From Myxococcota bacterium (lineage in GTDB: Bacteria > Myxococcota_A > UBA9160 > SZUA-336): DNA of 64,000 bases. Numbering within the stretch: the first letter of the stretch is position 1; each line of letters begins with the position of its first letter. The position numbers were made by a program, and so were the translations under genes. Shown here one piece after another: positions 43,041 through 56,301 of this stretch. The notes under the pieces are model-generated. The model searched no databases, was not told the origin of the DNA, and was given only the letters and a program-made list of their open reading frames with translations. The stretch covers positions 5,056-69,055 of the forward strand of contig JBHHVJ010000001.1 of NCBI GenBank assembly GCA_046754285.1. Reading direction: 5' to 3'.

Positions 43041-44114
43041 GTGAAGCTCGAAGAGGTCGACACACCCGCACTGCTGCTCCGCGCTGATTGCCTCGAGCAG
43101 AACATCGGGCGCATGGCGAGTTTCTTCGCGACGCGGCCGACCGCGTTGCGACCCCACTTCAAGACACCCAAGTGCGCCGAGGTCGCCCGACTCCAGCTCG
43201 AGGCGGGGGCGAGCGGCCTCACCTGGGCGAAGCTCGGTGAGGCCGAAGCTCTGGTCGAGGCCGGGATCCGGTGCTCGATCCTGATCGCGAACCAGGTCGT
43301 CGGCCCGCTCAAGCTCGCCCGGCTCTCGAAGCTCGCGGCGAAGCTCCCCGAGCTGATCGTCGCGGTCGACGACGTGCAGCAGATCGAGGCGCTCGAGCTC
43401 GCCGTGGCCGGGATGTCGGCGCAGCTGGGCGCGCTGATCGAGCTGAATATCGGGATGCACCGCTGTGGCTGTGACGAGCCCGAGCAGACGGTCGCTCTGG
43501 CACAGCGGCTCGAGCGGGGCCGAGTGCGCTACCGCGGGATCATGGGCTACGAGGGTCATGCCGTGCTCATCGCGGACCCGGAGCGTCGCACGGCGCTCAC
43601 CGAGCAGGCGCTCGCCGTCCTCGACCGCCACCGCCAGGCCCTCGAAGGTGCAGGGCTCCCGCCCGCGATCGTCAGTGCGGGGGGCACCGGTACCTACGAT
43701 CAGACCGGCGATCATCCCGGGATCAGTGAGATTCAGGCCGGGAGCTACGTCTTCATGGACGCGGCCTACCGGCGCGTCCGCGGGGAGTTCGGGTGCGCCC
43801 TCACGCTGCTCACGACGGTGCTGCGACGAAGAGGCCGGCTGCTGATCACCGACGCCGGGATGAAGGCGCTGAGTCAGGAGTTCGGCATGCCCGAGGGCAG
43901 CGATCTCCCGCTGCGCTGCGTGGCACTCTCCGAGGAGCACGGACACGTCTTGATCGACGAGGACGTCGAGCTCGAGCTCGCAGCGGGCGACCGAATCGAG
44001 CTGCTGCCGACCCACGGAGACACGACCCTCAACCTGCATGACGAGTACACCGTCCTCCGCGGCGGCCAGGTCGTCGCCCGCTGGCCCATCATCGCGCGCG
44101 GCCGCACACGCTAG
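43041..44114 (+). CDS. DSD1-family PLP enzyme (D-serine dehydratase / D-threonine aldolase-like, alanine-racemase N-terminal fold)
   Basis: 'DTPALLL..DCLEQNI.RM', 'LRPHFKTPKCAEV' (PLP Lys) and C-terminal 'HGDTTLNLHDEY'. Confidence 0.8.
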   Translation: MKLEEVDTPALLLRADCLEQNIGRMASFFATRPTALRPHFKTPKCAEVARLQLEAGASGLTWAKLGEAEALVEAGIRCSILIANQVVGPLKLARLSKLAAKLPELIVAVDDVQQIEALELAVAGMSAQLGALIELNIGMHRCGCDEPEQTVALAQRLERGRVRYRGIMGYEGHAVLIADPERRTALTEQALAVLDRHRQALEGAGLPPAIVSAGGTGTYDQTGDHPGISEIQAGSYVFMDAAYRRVRGEFGCALTLLTTVLRRRGRLLITDAGMKALSQEFGMPEGSDLPLRCVALSEEHGHVLIDEDVELELAAGDRIELLPTHGDTTLNLHDEYTVLRGGQVVARWPIIARGRTR

Positions 44115-45040
44115 TGGACAACAAGGAGAGGGCCGGAGTCGCGGTCACGGGAGCAAATGGCGTGGTGGGACGGGCGATCCTGCGACGCGCACTCGAAGCG
44201 GGCCTCTTCATCCGCGCCATCGTGCGCTCGCAGCGCGCGGTGGACGCTCTGCCCACGATTCCGTCGCCGAGCGGTCGCGTGGCAATCGTCGAGTACGGGA
44301 AGCCCGAGACGCTGGAGGCCGCGTTGTGCGGAGCCCAGACCGTCATTCATCTGCCGGGCCTGCTGATCGAGAGACCGGAGGCGCGCTACAGGGAGGCAAA
44401 CGTTCTCACCACGCAGCGCACGCTCGAGGCCGCGCAGAAGCTCGGCTTGGCGAAGCTCGTGCTGGTGAGCGCGCTGGGGGCCGATGCAAACGGGACCAAC
44501 GCCTACCTTCGGACGAAAGGTGAGGCGGAGGCACTCGTGCGCGCATCCGGCATGCCTTACACGATTCTGCGTGCGCCATTGATCCTGGGTCGGGGTACGG
44601 AGGGATCGAGAGCCCTCCTGCGTGCCGTGCGGAGCCGTGTGGCGTGGCTTCCGGGCGGGGGGCGACACCGGCTCCAGCCGCTCGACGTGGACGACCTGGC
44701 CCGGGCCGCGCTTCAGGCGGCCCGCGTTCCGGAGATCGCCCTGAACCAGACTCTCGATCTGGTCGGCCCGACCTCGTTGCAGGAGCGCGACCTCTTGATT
44801 CGCCTCGCACGGCTGCGCAGGCGCCACATCCGGATCTTCCCGGTTCCACTCGTCCTCTTGCGCGGCCTCCTCGCTCTGCGCGTGCGGCTGCGGGGGCCGG
44901 GCCTCTCGCCCGACGTGCTCGAGGTGATCACCGCCGACACGCGCGTGGATCCGGAGCCGGCCGCCCGGGCGCTCGAGATCACCCTCAGCCCCCTCGAGGC
45001 GACGCTGCGCCGGAGCCTCGGAGGTGCGGAAGCCCCATGA
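44114..45040 (+). CDS. NAD(P)H-binding atypical SDR (NmrA/NDUFA9-like)
   Basis: 'VAVTGANGVVGRAIL' Rossmann loop. TAGTG overlap with the upstream stop. Confidence 0.75.
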   Translation: MDNKERAGVAVTGANGVVGRAILRRALEAGLFIRAIVRSQRAVDALPTIPSPSGRVAIVEYGKPETLEAALCGAQTVIHLPGLLIERPEARYREANVLTTQRTLEAAQKLGLAKLVLVSALGADANGTNAYLRTKGEAEALVRASGMPYTILRAPLILGRGTEGSRALLRAVRSRVAWLPGGGRHRLQPLDVDDLARAALQAARVPEIALNQTLDLVGPTSLQERDLLIRLARLRRRHIRIFPVPLVLLRGLLALRVRLRGPGLSPDVLEVITADTRVDPEPAARALEITLSPLEATLRRSLGGAEAP

Positions 45041-46026
45041 GCGGAGCCCGGCACAGGCTCGCAGGCGCCTCGCGAGCGCTCCCCTGGCTGGTCACGGCGC
45101 TCTGCTTCGGATACCTCTACCTGCGCCTCGATGCGGCCGCGGTACGAAGCGGCGCCGAGGGTGTTCCCGCCTACCTGGCCACGAGCTTCCGGAAGGTGAG
45201 CTGGGGGCACTGGCTGGCCCTGATGATTCCCTACTCCGGATTCTACTTCCTGATCGACTCGCTCGTGACGTGGCGCGTGATCCGCTGGTTCAATGCACCG
45301 GTGCGCTTTCGGGACATCCTGCCGATCCGCGGCAGTGCGTACATCCTCTCGATCGTCAACGAGCAGGTGAGCAAGGGCGCCATCGCGCTCTACCTCAACC
45401 GCCGCCACGGCGTGCCGGGCTGGCAGGTGGCCTCCAGCATGCTCTTCATCATGTTCTGCGAGTTCTACTACCTGCTGACTTGGGCCACGATCGGCGTCCT
45501 GCTCCACCGCGAACGCTTCCCCGAGGTCTTCCACGGCATCCCGTGGATGGCGCTCGCGTCGGCCGTGCTGCTCTGCGGGGTCACGCTCTTCTTCTCGCGC
45601 GAAGGCTCGGGCGGGTTTCGTGAGCGGCCGATCCTCCATTCCTTCCGGCGCGCGCGAGCCTGGCAGTACCTCGCTCTGATCCTGCTGCGCTCGCCCGCTC
45701 TGCTCGCAGCCGTGTGGGTCTACTCGCTCGCGCTCGAGCTCTTCGGCGTGCAGGTGGGTCTCGGCGAGATGCTGGGCTACCTGCCGGTCATCTTCTTCGG
45801 CGCGGCCACACCGGGACCCATGCGCTCGGTGGCGATCGTGCTCTGGGTCGTCCTCTTTCCGGAGCACGAGGCCGAACTCACGATCTTCGGCTTCGTTCAG
45901 CACAACTTCTTCATCTTCTTCAACGCCGCGATCGGTCTGCTCTTCCTGCGGCGGGCCACTCGCGACCTCTTCAGCGATGCGAGATCCGCACCCGAAGCCG
46001 ATCCGACATCGACAGGAGCGTCGTGA
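45037..46026 (+). CDS. polytopic membrane protein, lysylphosphatidylglycerol-synthase-TM / flippase-like (UPF0104) family
   Basis: ATGA overlap with the upstream gene. About 8 hydrophobic helices. 'IRGSAYILSIVNEQVSKGAIALYL' resembles PF03706-type proteins (recognition only). Confidence 0.6.
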   Translation: MSGARHRLAGASRALPWLVTALCFGYLYLRLDAAAVRSGAEGVPAYLATSFRKVSWGHWLALMIPYSGFYFLIDSLVTWRVIRWFNAPVRFRDILPIRGSAYILSIVNEQVSKGAIALYLNRRHGVPGWQVASSMLFIMFCEFYYLLTWATIGVLLHRERFPEVFHGIPWMALASAVLLCGVTLFFSREGSGGFRERPILHSFRRARAWQYLALILLRSPALLAAVWVYSLALELFGVQVGLGEMLGYLPVIFFGAATPGPMRSVAIVLWVVLFPEHEAELTIFGFVQHNFFIFFNAAIGLLFLRRATRDLFSDARSAPEADPTSTGAS

Positions 46027-46498
46027 CGACGAGCCCCCACGCGAACGCGCGTGTGGGGGCCGCCAGGAAAGGAACACCGAGCCGCACCAGGATGTCCCCC
46101 CCCAGGGGCACGAAGTAGAGCACGCCGTTCGCCCGGCCCAGCGGATTCGTGCGCAGCCCGCGCGCGAGACCGCTCTCCGCCGGCTGGACGCGAGCATCCC
46201 CCACGTACTGTGCGAAGGCGATGCCCACCACGCCCGGAAGCAGCCACGGAATCGCCCCGCGCCAGGCCGCGGCCGCAAGACCCGCACTCACGAAGAGGAA
46301 GTCCGCTCCGTGATCGAGGGCCCGGCCAAACGCCGTCTCGCCGCCGAGCCTCCGCGCCACGACCCCGTCCGCCAGATCGGTGGCGATGGCCAGGACGAAG
46401 AGGAACGCAGCGAGCGGCGCAGCCTCCGGGCGCAGCATCGCCCATCCAAACGGAAGCGCACTCAACAGCCGAGCCGCACTCAGTGCATTCGCGCTCAA
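45971..46498 (-). CDS. CDP-alcohol phosphatidyltransferase (small PgsA/PssA-sized)
   Basis: 'DLADGVVARRLGGETAFGRALDHGADF' fits D-x2-DG-x2-AR-x8-G-x3-D-x3-D. TTG start overlaps the upstream ACAD stop. Confidence 0.8.
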   Translation of the reverse strand: MSANALSAARLLSALPFGWAMLRPEAAPLAAFLFVLAIATDLADGVVARRLGGETAFGRALDHGADFLFVSAGLAAAAWRGAIPWLLPGVVGIAFAQYVGDARVQPAESGLARGLRTNPLGRANGVLYFVPLGGDILVRLGVPFLAAPTRAFAWGLVVTTLLSMSDRLRVRISHR

Positions 46499-47646
46499 GC
46501 CGGCCGCAGCAGCTTCGCGATCGTCTGCAGCTGCATGTGGCTCGTTCCCTCGTAGATCTTCCCGATCTTGGCGTCGCGGTAGCGCTTCTCGACCGGGTAC
46601 TCGCGCGTGTAACCCACGCCGCCGAAGAGCTCGATGGCCAGTGAGGTCACGCGCTCGGCCACCTGCGAGCTGAACAGCTTGGCCATCGCGGCCGGCATCA
46701 CGTAGCTCCCCCCGGCATCCTTGAGGCGCGCCGCATCGTAGACCATGAGGCGGGCAGCCTCGACGTCGGTGGCCATCTGTGCGAGCTCGAACTGAACGGA
46801 CTGGAACTCCCCGATGGGCCGACCGAACTGTTGTCGCTCAGCGGTGTAGGTCAGGGCGTCGTCCAGGGCACCCTGAGCGATGCCCACCATCTGGGCGCCG
46901 ATCCCGATGCGACCCTCGTTGAGCGTTTCGATCGCCACCCTGTAGCCCTTGCCGACGTCGCCCAGCACGTTCTCGGCAGGAACACGGACGTCGTTCAGAA
47001 CCAGCTCACACGTGGAGCTGGCGCGAATGCCGAGCTTGTCCTCCTTGCGGCCCACTTCGAATCCGGTGGTGTCCCGCTCGACCATGAAGCTCGTGATCCC
47101 CCGGTAGCCCTTCTCCGGATCGGCATTGGCCATGATCAAGAAGATTCCGGCCTCGGCGGCATTGGTGATCCAGAGCTTGCGCCCCGAGAGGATCCAGTCG
47201 TCCCCATCGCGGCGCGCTCGCGTCTGGAGTGCGAAAGCATCGCTGCCTGACGACGCCTCCGAGAGTGCGTAGGCGGCGACCGTCCCCGCGGCCATCTTGC
47301 CGAGCATGCGCTCCTTCAGGGGCTCGGAGCCCCAGCGCAGCAGGGCATTGGCGACGAGCGTGTTCTGGACATCGACCAGCACGCCGACCGACGCATCGGC
47401 GCGTGAGATCTCCTCGACGGCGAGGACGGCCATGAAGAAGCTTCCCCCCGCCCCGCCCCAGATCCCCGGCGTCTCGATCGCCATTATTCCGAGCTCGAAG
47501 AGCTTCGGGATCAGGTCGTCATCGTAGCGGGCGCGACGATCCATCTCGGCCGCGCGGGGCGTGATCTCACGCTCCGCGAACTCACGGACCGTCTTGCGGA
47601 AGATCTCCTCGTCCTCCTCCAGGACCCTGAGCGGCTTTCGCGTCAT
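46495..47646 (-). CDS. acyl-CoA dehydrogenase (short/branched-chain type)
   Basis: '[20 protein letters not shown]', 'KLWITNA' and '[15 protein letters not shown]'. ATG 47646 overlaps the proS stop. Confidence 0.9.
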   Translation of the reverse strand: MTRKPLRVLEEDEEIFRKTVREFAEREITPRAAEMDRRARYDDDLIPKLFELGIMAIETPGIWGGAGGSFFMAVLAVEEISRADASVGVLVDVQNTLVANALLRWGSEPLKERMLGKMAAGTVAAYALSEASSGSDAFALQTRARRDGDDWILSGRKLWITNAAEAGIFLIMANADPEKGYRGITSFMVERDTTGFEVGRKEDKLGIRASSTCELVLNDVRVPAENVLGDVGKGYRVAIETLNEGRIGIGAQMVGIAQGALDDALTYTAERQQFGRPIGEFQSVQFELAQMATDVEAARLMVYDAARLKDAGGSYVMPAAMAKLFSSQVAERVTSLAIELFGGVGYTREYPVEKRYRDAKIGKIYEGTSHMQLQTIAKLLRPA

Positions 47647-49346
47647 CTCATTCTCCGACGGAGCTCGGCGACCAGCTCGTCCCGTGGAACCTCCACGATC
47701 TGACCGGTCACCCGCTCGAAGAGCTCGACCTTGCCCTCGGCCATCGCGCGCGGGCCGAGCACGACCCGCCAGGGAAAGCCGACGAGATCGGCGTCCTTGA
47801 AACGAACCCCCGGTCGCTCGTCGCGATCGTCGACCAGGACGTCGAAGCCGAGCTGCGCGAGCTCGGCGCCGAGCGCCGCGGCCACCTCCCCTTGTTCGGC
47901 GTCGCGGACGCGAATCGGCGTGATCACGACGTGGTAGGGCGCGATCGGCCAGGGCCAGCAGATGCCGTTCTCGTCGTGATGGGATTCGATGGCCGCCGCC
48001 ATGATGCGCTCGATCCCGATGCCGTAGGAGCCCATCACGAGCGGAACCTCCCGGCCCTGCGCATCGAGCACCCGAGCGCCCATGCTCTCGGAGTAGCGCA
48101 GGCCCAGCTTGAAGATGTGTCCGACCTCGATGCTCTTGCGCACGTCGAGGGCCTTGCCGCAGCGCAGGCAAGCCTCGCCCTCCACGACGGTCCGGAGATC
48201 CACGATCTGGGCACCGCCGATGTCGCGCGCGACGTCCACGTGCCGGAGGTGGAAGTCATCCTGGTTCGCGCCCGTCGTCATGCCGCGGCGCCCCTCGAGC
48301 GCGCGGTCCAGGTAGATCGGAAGATGGGTCACGCCGACCGCGCCCAGGCTCCCCGCATGCGCTCCGAGGGCATCCAGGATCTCCTCGTCTCGCGCGGCTC
48401 GCAGTTCGCTCGAGCCCACCGCCTCAATCGCCTTGACCTCGTTGAGCTCGTGGTCCCCCCGCAGCAGCAGCAGCACGGGCTCGCCGCGTGCGATGTAGAC
48501 GAGCGTCTTGATCTGCCGCTCCGCGGGGGCGCCGTCGGGAAATGTGGCGAGCTCGTCGATCGTGCGAACGCCGGGGGTGGGGAAGCGCTCGGGAGCCGCG
48601 GGGTCCTCGGGTTCCTCCACCGGGGTGGGCCGTGAGACGGCCTTCTCGAGGTTCGCGGCGTAGCCACAGCCCGAGCAGGTCACCACCCAGTCCTCTCCCG
48701 CCTCGGAGATCGCCATGAACTCGACCGACTCGCTGCCCCCCATGGCCCCGGAAGAGGCCTCGACCGCGATCACCTCGATGCCGCAGCGCTCGAAGATGCG
48801 GCGGTAGGCGTCCGCATGGAGCTCGAAGGAGCGATCGAGACCCTCGAAGTCCAGATCGAACGAGTACGAGTCCTTCATGGTGAACTGGCGCCCGCGCAGC
48901 ACGCCCGACTTGGGGCGCGCCTCGTCGCGAAACTTCGTCTGGATCTGGTACCAGATCTGCGGGAGCTGCCGGTAGCTTCGCAGCTCGTCTCGCGCCACTG
49001 CGGTGAACACCTCCTCGTGAGTCATTCCCAGGCAGAGCTCGGCCTGCTTGCGATCGCGCAGGCGGAACATCGCCTCGCCCATCTCCTCCCAGCGACCGCT
49101 CTCGCGCCAGATCTCGGCGGGGTGGAGCGCCGGAAGCAGGAATTCCTGGGCGCCGATCCGCTCCATCTCCTCGCGCACGATCGCCTCGACCTTGCGCATC
49201 ACCCGGTACCCCAACGGGAGCATCGAGTAGATTCCCGCGCCAAGCTGCCGGATCAGTCCGGCGCGCAGCATCAGCCGGTGGCTCACGGCCTCGGCGTCGG
49301 CGGGATCCTCACGCAGCGTCGGTATGAAGAGACGCGACCAGCGCAT
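47643..49346 (-). CDS. proS: proline--tRNA ligase
   Basis: '[46 protein letters not shown]' and '[25 protein letters not shown]' are class II motifs. Confidence 0.95.
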   Translation of the reverse strand: MRWSRLFIPTLREDPADAEAVSHRLMLRAGLIRQLGAGIYSMLPLGYRVMRKVEAIVREEMERIGAQEFLLPALHPAEIWRESGRWEEMGEAMFRLRDRKQAELCLGMTHEEVFTAVARDELRSYRQLPQIWYQIQTKFRDEARPKSGVLRGRQFTMKDSYSFDLDFEGLDRSFELHADAYRRIFERCGIEVIAVEASSGAMGGSESVEFMAISEAGEDWVVTCSGCGYAANLEKAVSRPTPVEEPEDPAAPERFPTPGVRTIDELATFPDGAPAERQIKTLVYIARGEPVLLLLRGDHELNEVKAIEAVGSSELRAARDEEILDALGAHAGSLGAVGVTHLPIYLDRALEGRRGMTTGANQDDFHLRHVDVARDIGGAQIVDLRTVVEGEACLRCGKALDVRKSIEVGHIFKLGLRYSESMGARVLDAQGREVPLVMGSYGIGIERIMAAAIESHHDENGICWPWPIAPYHVVITPIRVRDAEQGEVAAALGAELAQLGFDVLVDDRDERPGVRFKDADLVGFPWRVVLGPRAMAEGKVELFERVTGQIVEVPRDELVAELRRRMR

Positions 49347-49436
49347 GGCGGCACAGTCTAGCCCCCGCGGGGGAGCGCGTCCCGCGGCCCGGGTCGGCTT
49401 CAGGGCCCGCGGCGGCACGCCGATAAGCCGCTCGCG

Positions 49437-50048
49437 ATGCGACTCCGGCTCCTGCTCGTGCTGCCGCTGCTCCTGGCCCTGGGGCTCCCGGTCCCTGGCG
49501 CCCGCGCCGAGTCGTACAGCTACGTCGACGAGGAGGGCCGGCTCCACTTCACCGACTCGTTGCATGCGGTTCCGCCGGCACAGCGCGAGGCTGCGCAGGC
49601 CCAGGCGCAGGAAAACGCGGCGGACGACGCGAGCCTGGAGAGCTACCTCAAGAAGGAGCGCACGACAGCCACGCGGGTGCTCACGGCCGAGATCGATGCG
49701 ATCCGGCGCGGCCAGGGTTTGCATACCCTGAGCCACGCCGAGAAACGCGAGCTGTCGGCGATGATTCGGCGCTGGATGCCACTGCTGATCGCAGCCGACG
49801 TGATCCTGGCGCTGGTGCTCCTCGTGCTCACGGTGCACAGCCTCGCGACCCGAAAGCCGCGCTGGGCGCTCATCAATCTTCTTCTGCTCGGTCTTCCGGC
49901 ACCCCTCTATGCGTCCCGCCACTTCGCGCAGCGTCAACGAAGGCTCAAGCTCACCGTGACGGTGGTCTCCGTCAGTCCAACGCTGATCCTGACCGCCTTC
50001 TGCCTCGATTTCGTTCCCGCGCTCCTTCGACTGCTCGGAAGCCCCTGA
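49437..50048 (+). CDS. DUF4124-domain membrane protein
   Basis: Signal peptide '[20 protein letters not shown]'. '[15 protein letters not shown]' is the DUF4124 core. C-terminal TM helices. Confidence 0.65.
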   Translation: MRLRLLLVLPLLLALGLPVPGARAESYSYVDEEGRLHFTDSLHAVPPAQREAAQAQAQENAADDASLESYLKKERTTATRVLTAEIDAIRRGQGLHTLSHAEKRELSAMIRRWMPLLIAADVILALVLLVLTVHSLATRKPRWALINLLLLGLPAPLYASRHFAQRQRRLKLTVTVVSVSPTLILTAFCLDFVPALLRLLGSP

Positions 50049-50088
50049 CGCGGCAGTCCGTACGGCGGCGCATGCTAAGCTGCCGCCG

Positions 50089-51495
50089 ATGCAGACGCGC
50101 GAGGCCGCCCAATCGATCTGGCGGTACCGGGACCACACGCAGGGAAGCCTTCTGCTCTCGATGCTCGTCCTGGCCCTGCCTTCGATCGGGACCGGCATCG
50201 CCGGTGCCGCTGCGTACCAGCTCGTCGACCTCTGGTTCGTGAGCTCCCTGGGCGCGGCGCCGCTCGCCGCGGTTGTCGTCACCAACCAGTCGCTCCGGCA
50301 GGCCGCCTTTCTGCTCGTGATGGGCTCGTCGGTCGTGGCCCAGATGATGATGGCGCGCTTCGTCGGCGAGGAGCGCGTGGAGCGCGCGGAGCACGTGGCG
50401 GGGCAGGTGCTCGTGCTCGGCGGCGGGCTCTGCCTGATCTTCGCGCTGATCGGGGGCCTGTTCCCGGGCGCCCTGCTCCGCAGCGTGACGCAGGATCCGG
50501 ACGTGCTCGAGGTCGGTGTGCCCTACGTGCGGCTGATCTTCCTGTTGATGTTCGGGTTCGTGATGGTGCCGCTGTTCGCGGCCGTGCTCGGGGGGGCGGG
50601 CGACTCGACCACGCCCATGGTGATCTCCCTGGTCGCGACGCCGGTCTCGCTCTTTGCGGAGTGGTGCCTGATCTTCGGGCACCTGGGCTTTCCCGCCTTC
50701 GGCATCCAGGGCGTGGCACTCGGATCGACGCTGGGAGCCCTGGCGGCCGTGAGCATCGGGCTCTGGGCGCTGCTGTCGGGACGCTGCCGCGTACATCTCA
50801 AGGCGGCGCACCTCGTCCCCGATCCGCGCATGCTCGGACTGCTCGTGCGCCTCTCGTGGCGTCCGTCCCTCCAGCTTGCGGGACGCACGCTCGTGATCAT
50901 CTACTTCATGGCGATCGCGGGGCGCTTCGGAGCGGAGGTTCAGGCCGCCTACGGGATCGGAATCCGGCTCGAGATGGTCGTGTTCATGGTCGCCTTTCCG
51001 GTCGCCAACGCCTGCGCCACCCTGGTCGGACAGAACCTGGGTGCGGGCAGCCGGCGGCGCGCGTGGCGCGCCGTGTGGGTCGCGACCGGGGCGGAGCTCG
51101 CGATCTGCGGGACCTTCGCCGTCCTCTTCGCCGTTTTTCGCGAGGACTTCGTGGGCTTCTTCACGACCGACCGTCGGGTCGTCGACCTTGGCAGCGAGTA
51201 CCTCCTTTTCATGGCGGGCAATATGCTGATCGTCGGCCCCCACTTCGTGGCCTTCCGCACCTTGCAGGCAGCCGGGGACCTGACGTCCCCCATGCTCTTC
51301 TCCAACGGCAGCGCTCTGCTCGTGGCCATCCCGCTCGGCCACTACCTGGCCCTCCACACCGCCCTCGGACCGACGGGGCTGTGGATCGCCGTCCTCACCC
51401 ACGGCCTGATCAACGGGGCTCTGACGCTGAGCTGGCTGGCGACCGGCCGCTGGACGCAGCGGCATTTCGAGGCCGTCCCGCCCGCGGGTCCGTAG
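50089..51495 (+). CDS. MATE-family efflux transporter
   Basis: About 12 hydrophobic helices. N-terminal '[30 protein letters not shown]' is typical of MATE. Confidence 0.85.
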   Translation: MQTREAAQSIWRYRDHTQGSLLLSMLVLALPSIGTGIAGAAAYQLVDLWFVSSLGAAPLAAVVVTNQSLRQAAFLLVMGSSVVAQMMMARFVGEERVERAEHVAGQVLVLGGGLCLIFALIGGLFPGALLRSVTQDPDVLEVGVPYVRLIFLLMFGFVMVPLFAAVLGGAGDSTTPMVISLVATPVSLFAEWCLIFGHLGFPAFGIQGVALGSTLGALAAVSIGLWALLSGRCRVHLKAAHLVPDPRMLGLLVRLSWRPSLQLAGRTLVIIYFMAIAGRFGAEVQAAYGIGIRLEMVVFMVAFPVANACATLVGQNLGAGSRRRAWRAVWVATGAELAICGTFAVLFAVFREDFVGFFTTDRRVVDLGSEYLLFMAGNMLIVGPHFVAFRTLQAAGDLTSPMLFSNGSALLVAIPLGHYLALHTALGPTGLWIAVLTHGLINGALTLSWLATGRWTQRHFEAVPPAGP

Positions 51496-51640
51496 GTAAA
51501 ATCCCCCTCTACTGGCCTGAGAGCCGCGGATCGTTAGAATCTCGTCCGCGATCCCTCTCGCCTGTCCGGCCGCTCCGGCAGGGCCCTCCCCGTCGCGTTG
51601 CTCGTTCGGACCTCAACCTGTGCGGGTTCCTGCGGAAGAA

Positions 51641-52852
51641 ATGGCCGATCACTCTCTCATCCAGACCCCCGACGCGCTGGAGGCGGTCGTCCGAAAGCTG
51701 CGCCGCGACCGCGTGATCGGGATCGATACCGAGGCGGACAGCTTCTTCCACTACTTCGAGAAGCTCTGCCTCCTGCAGATCGCGGGCCGCAGCGGGATCT
51801 ACCTGATCGATCCGCTCAAGCTCCCGGAGAAGGGCCTGGAGCCCCTCGCACCCCTCCTGGCCGATCCCGAGGTCCGCATCGTGCTGCATGCGGCGGACTA
51901 CGACCTGTACGTACTCCGACGCTACGGCGACCTGCGGGTGCGAAACATCTTCGACACGATGGTCTCCGCGCAGCTGCTGGGCTACCCGGGCGTCGGGCTC
52001 GGGGCCCTCGTCGAGCGGCACTTTGGCGTGAAGCTTTCCAAGGACCAGCAGCGGACCGACTGGTCGCGACGACCGTTGCGTCCCGCGCAGATCGAGTACG
52101 CCGCCTCCGACGTACGTTACCTGATCAAGCTCGCGTCCATCCTCGAGAAGGAGCTGCGCGCCAAGCAACGGCTGTCCTGGGCGCAGGAGGAGTTCCGACT
52201 GCTCGAAGAGCGCGAGTGGCCTGAGCGCCCGTTCGACCGCGAGGGCTATCTGCGCATCAAGGGGGCCAAGAAGCTGTCGCCCCAGAACCTCGCCGTGCTG
52301 CGTGAGCTCTTCATGCTGCGGGACCGTCGTGCACGCCGGCAGGACCGACCGCCGTTCAAGGTGCTGGGCAATGGCACGCTCCTGGATCTGGCGCAGAACC
52401 CTCCGCGCACGCGGCGCACGCTGGCCAAGCGCAAAGGCATCACCGACCTGGTGCTGCGTCGCATGGGCAACGAGATCCTCGACGCCATCCAGCGCGGCCT
52501 GAGCGGGCCCGAGCACAAGCCGATCGAGCCGCGGCGTCCAGCGGACGGACGGCGACGCCTGGATCGCCGCGGCGAGCTCCGGCTGGAGCACCTGAAGCGC
52601 TGGCGTGACCGACGCGCCCGCGAGCTCGCCATGGATCCGGGCGTGCTCTGCCCCAACGCCGTTCTCGAGCAGATCGCAGGGTCCGATGCCCGCTCACGCG
52701 AGGAGCTGGAGCGTGTCGAGATGCTGCGGGGCTGGCGACTGAAGGCCTTCGGCGACGACCTGCTCGTCGTGATCGAAGAGACGCGCCAGAGCAGCGAGAC
52801 GGCTGCACGCCCTCGGCGGGGCCGCTCGCGCGGGCGCAAGCGTTCCCACTAG
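51641..52852 (+). CDS. rnd: ribonuclease D (DEDD 3'-5' exonuclease plus HRDC)
   Basis: 'IGIDTEADSFFHY', 'HAADYDL' and 'QIEYAASDVRYL', plus an HRDC-like 'LRELFMLRDRRARRQDRPPFKVL'. Confidence 0.85.
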   Translation: MADHSLIQTPDALEAVVRKLRRDRVIGIDTEADSFFHYFEKLCLLQIAGRSGIYLIDPLKLPEKGLEPLAPLLADPEVRIVLHAADYDLYVLRRYGDLRVRNIFDTMVSAQLLGYPGVGLGALVERHFGVKLSKDQQRTDWSRRPLRPAQIEYAASDVRYLIKLASILEKELRAKQRLSWAQEEFRLLEEREWPERPFDREGYLRIKGAKKLSPQNLAVLRELFMLRDRRARRQDRPPFKVLGNGTLLDLAQNPPRTRRTLAKRKGITDLVLRRMGNEILDAIQRGLSGPEHKPIEPRRPADGRRRLDRRGELRLEHLKRWRDRRARELAMDPGVLCPNAVLEQIAGSDARSREELERVEMLRGWRLKAFGDDLLVVIEETRQSSETAARPRRGRSRGRKRSH

Positions 52853-52979
52853 AAGCGCGGGGGCAGGGTCGCTCGGCGTGGGTCGGGCTCGGGCCGCCGG
52901 GGCTCGACCCGCCGGCCGCCGCGAGTCCGAGTGCGAAGCCCTCGCGGCGTGGTGTACCCTCGCGCGGGGAGCAGGAGCC

Positions 52980-54290
52980 TTGGACTGTACCGGTCCCATC
53001 ACCCAGGAAGTACTCGCGGAACGGCGCGCCCGATTTCAGGCGCAGCTCGAGGAAGGCGTGGCCATCGTCCCGGGGGCGAGGACCCAGCGCCGCTCGAACG
53101 ACGTGGAGTACGTCTTCCGGCAGAGCTCCGACTTCTGGTACCTGACCGGCTTCCCCCAGCCTGACGCGATCGCGCTCCTCACGGCCGATCGGTACGTGCT
53201 CTTCGTCCAGCCGCGGGATCCCGCGGCCGAGACCTGGACCGGCCGACGACCCGGCGTCGAGGGTGCGGTGCGCGAGTACGCGGCGGACGAGGCCTACCCC
53301 ACCGAAGAGTTCGCGAATCGCCTGCCCGGCTGGCTAGAGAACGTGCCCCGGCTCTACCACCGCTTCGGCGACGACCGCACTCTCGACGAGATCGTGCTCC
53401 ATACGCTCAAGCAGCTTGCCGGTCGGCAGCGTCAGGGTGTGACGCCGCCGGAGGAGTTCCCGACGCCGCAGTCGATCCTGCACGAGATGCGACTTCGCAA
53501 GGATGAGCCGGAGCTCGCGATCATGCGTGCGGCGGCCGAGATCTCGCGGGAGGCCCACTACGCCGCCGCGCGGCTCTGTCGGAAAGACCGCTGGGAGTAT
53601 GAGCTCGAGGCGGCCCTCGGGCAGGTCTTTCGGGCGCGCGGCGGTGCGGGTCCGGCGTACCCGAGCATCGTGGGAGCGGGGGAGAACGCCGCGGTCCTCC
53701 ACTACACCGAGAATCGCTCCCGACTCGCCAAGGGTGATCTGGTTCTGGTCGATGCGGGGGTGGAGCTGCACGGCTACGCGTCCGATGTGACCCGCACCTA
53801 CCCGGTCGACGGTCTCTTCGAGGGCGTGCGGAGGGATCTCTACACGATCGTGCTGGAGGCGCAGCGTTGCGCGCTCGAAGCAGTGCGCGCGGGGACGACG
53901 CTGCCGGCGCTCCACGACCGGGCCGTGCACCGGCTCGTCGAGGGGCTCGTGGCCCTGGGCGTGCTGCAGGGCGGGATCGACGATTTGATCGAGCAGGAGT
54001 CGTACCGCCCCTTCTACATGCACAGCACGGGCCACTTCCTGGGTCTGGACGTGCACGACGTGGGTCGGTACCACGTGGGGGGACAACCGCGGCCGCTCGA
54101 GCCCGGCATGGTCTTCACCGTGGAACCGGGCCTCTACTTCGGAAGGGACTGCGAGCAGGCGCCCGAGGCGCTGCGCGGAATCGGGGTGCGCATTGAGGAC
54201 GACGTCGCGCTCGGCGAGACGGGCCCCGAGGTGCTCACCGCCTCGATCCCCAAGGAGATCGACGATGTCGAGGCCTGGATGCGTGATTGA
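52980..54290 (+). CDS. pepP: Xaa-Pro aminopeptidase (M24B)
   Basis: '[18 protein letters not shown]', '[22 protein letters not shown]', '[13 protein letters not shown]' and 'VEPGLY'. The start is uncertain: in-frame TTG 52980 fits homolog length, and the ORF is open from GTG 52878. Confidence 0.85.
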   Translation: MDCTGPITQEVLAERRARFQAQLEEGVAIVPGARTQRRSNDVEYVFRQSSDFWYLTGFPQPDAIALLTADRYVLFVQPRDPAAETWTGRRPGVEGAVREYAADEAYPTEEFANRLPGWLENVPRLYHRFGDDRTLDEIVLHTLKQLAGRQRQGVTPPEEFPTPQSILHEMRLRKDEPELAIMRAAAEISREAHYAAARLCRKDRWEYELEAALGQVFRARGGAGPAYPSIVGAGENAAVLHYTENRSRLAKGDLVLVDAGVELHGYASDVTRTYPVDGLFEGVRRDLYTIVLEAQRCALEAVRAGTTLPALHDRAVHRLVEGLVALGVLQGGIDDLIEQESYRPFYMHSTGHFLGLDVHDVGRYHVGGQPRPLEPGMVFTVEPGLYFGRDCEQAPEALRGIGVRIEDDVALGETGPEVLTASIPKEIDDVEAWMRD

Positions 54291-54301
54291 AGGAGACACA
54301 G

Positions 54302-56269
<1,968 letters not shown>

Positions 56270-56301
56270 GTCAGAACGGGCGCGACCCGGAGGAGAGCGA
56301 C

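Noticed and set aside
47647-50285. The long N-terminal extension of the proS ORF (880 aa in the track). Similar upstream extensions occur on fabH (10341..11519), glmU (14088), glmS (15586), the FAD-binding dehydrogenase (31969..34602), Smr (57753) and the ACAD (46495..48171).
   Set aside because: The recognisable protein starts at an internal ATG that matches homolog N-termini and abuts or overlaps the previous gene's stop. The upstream parts overlap other real genes in different frames.
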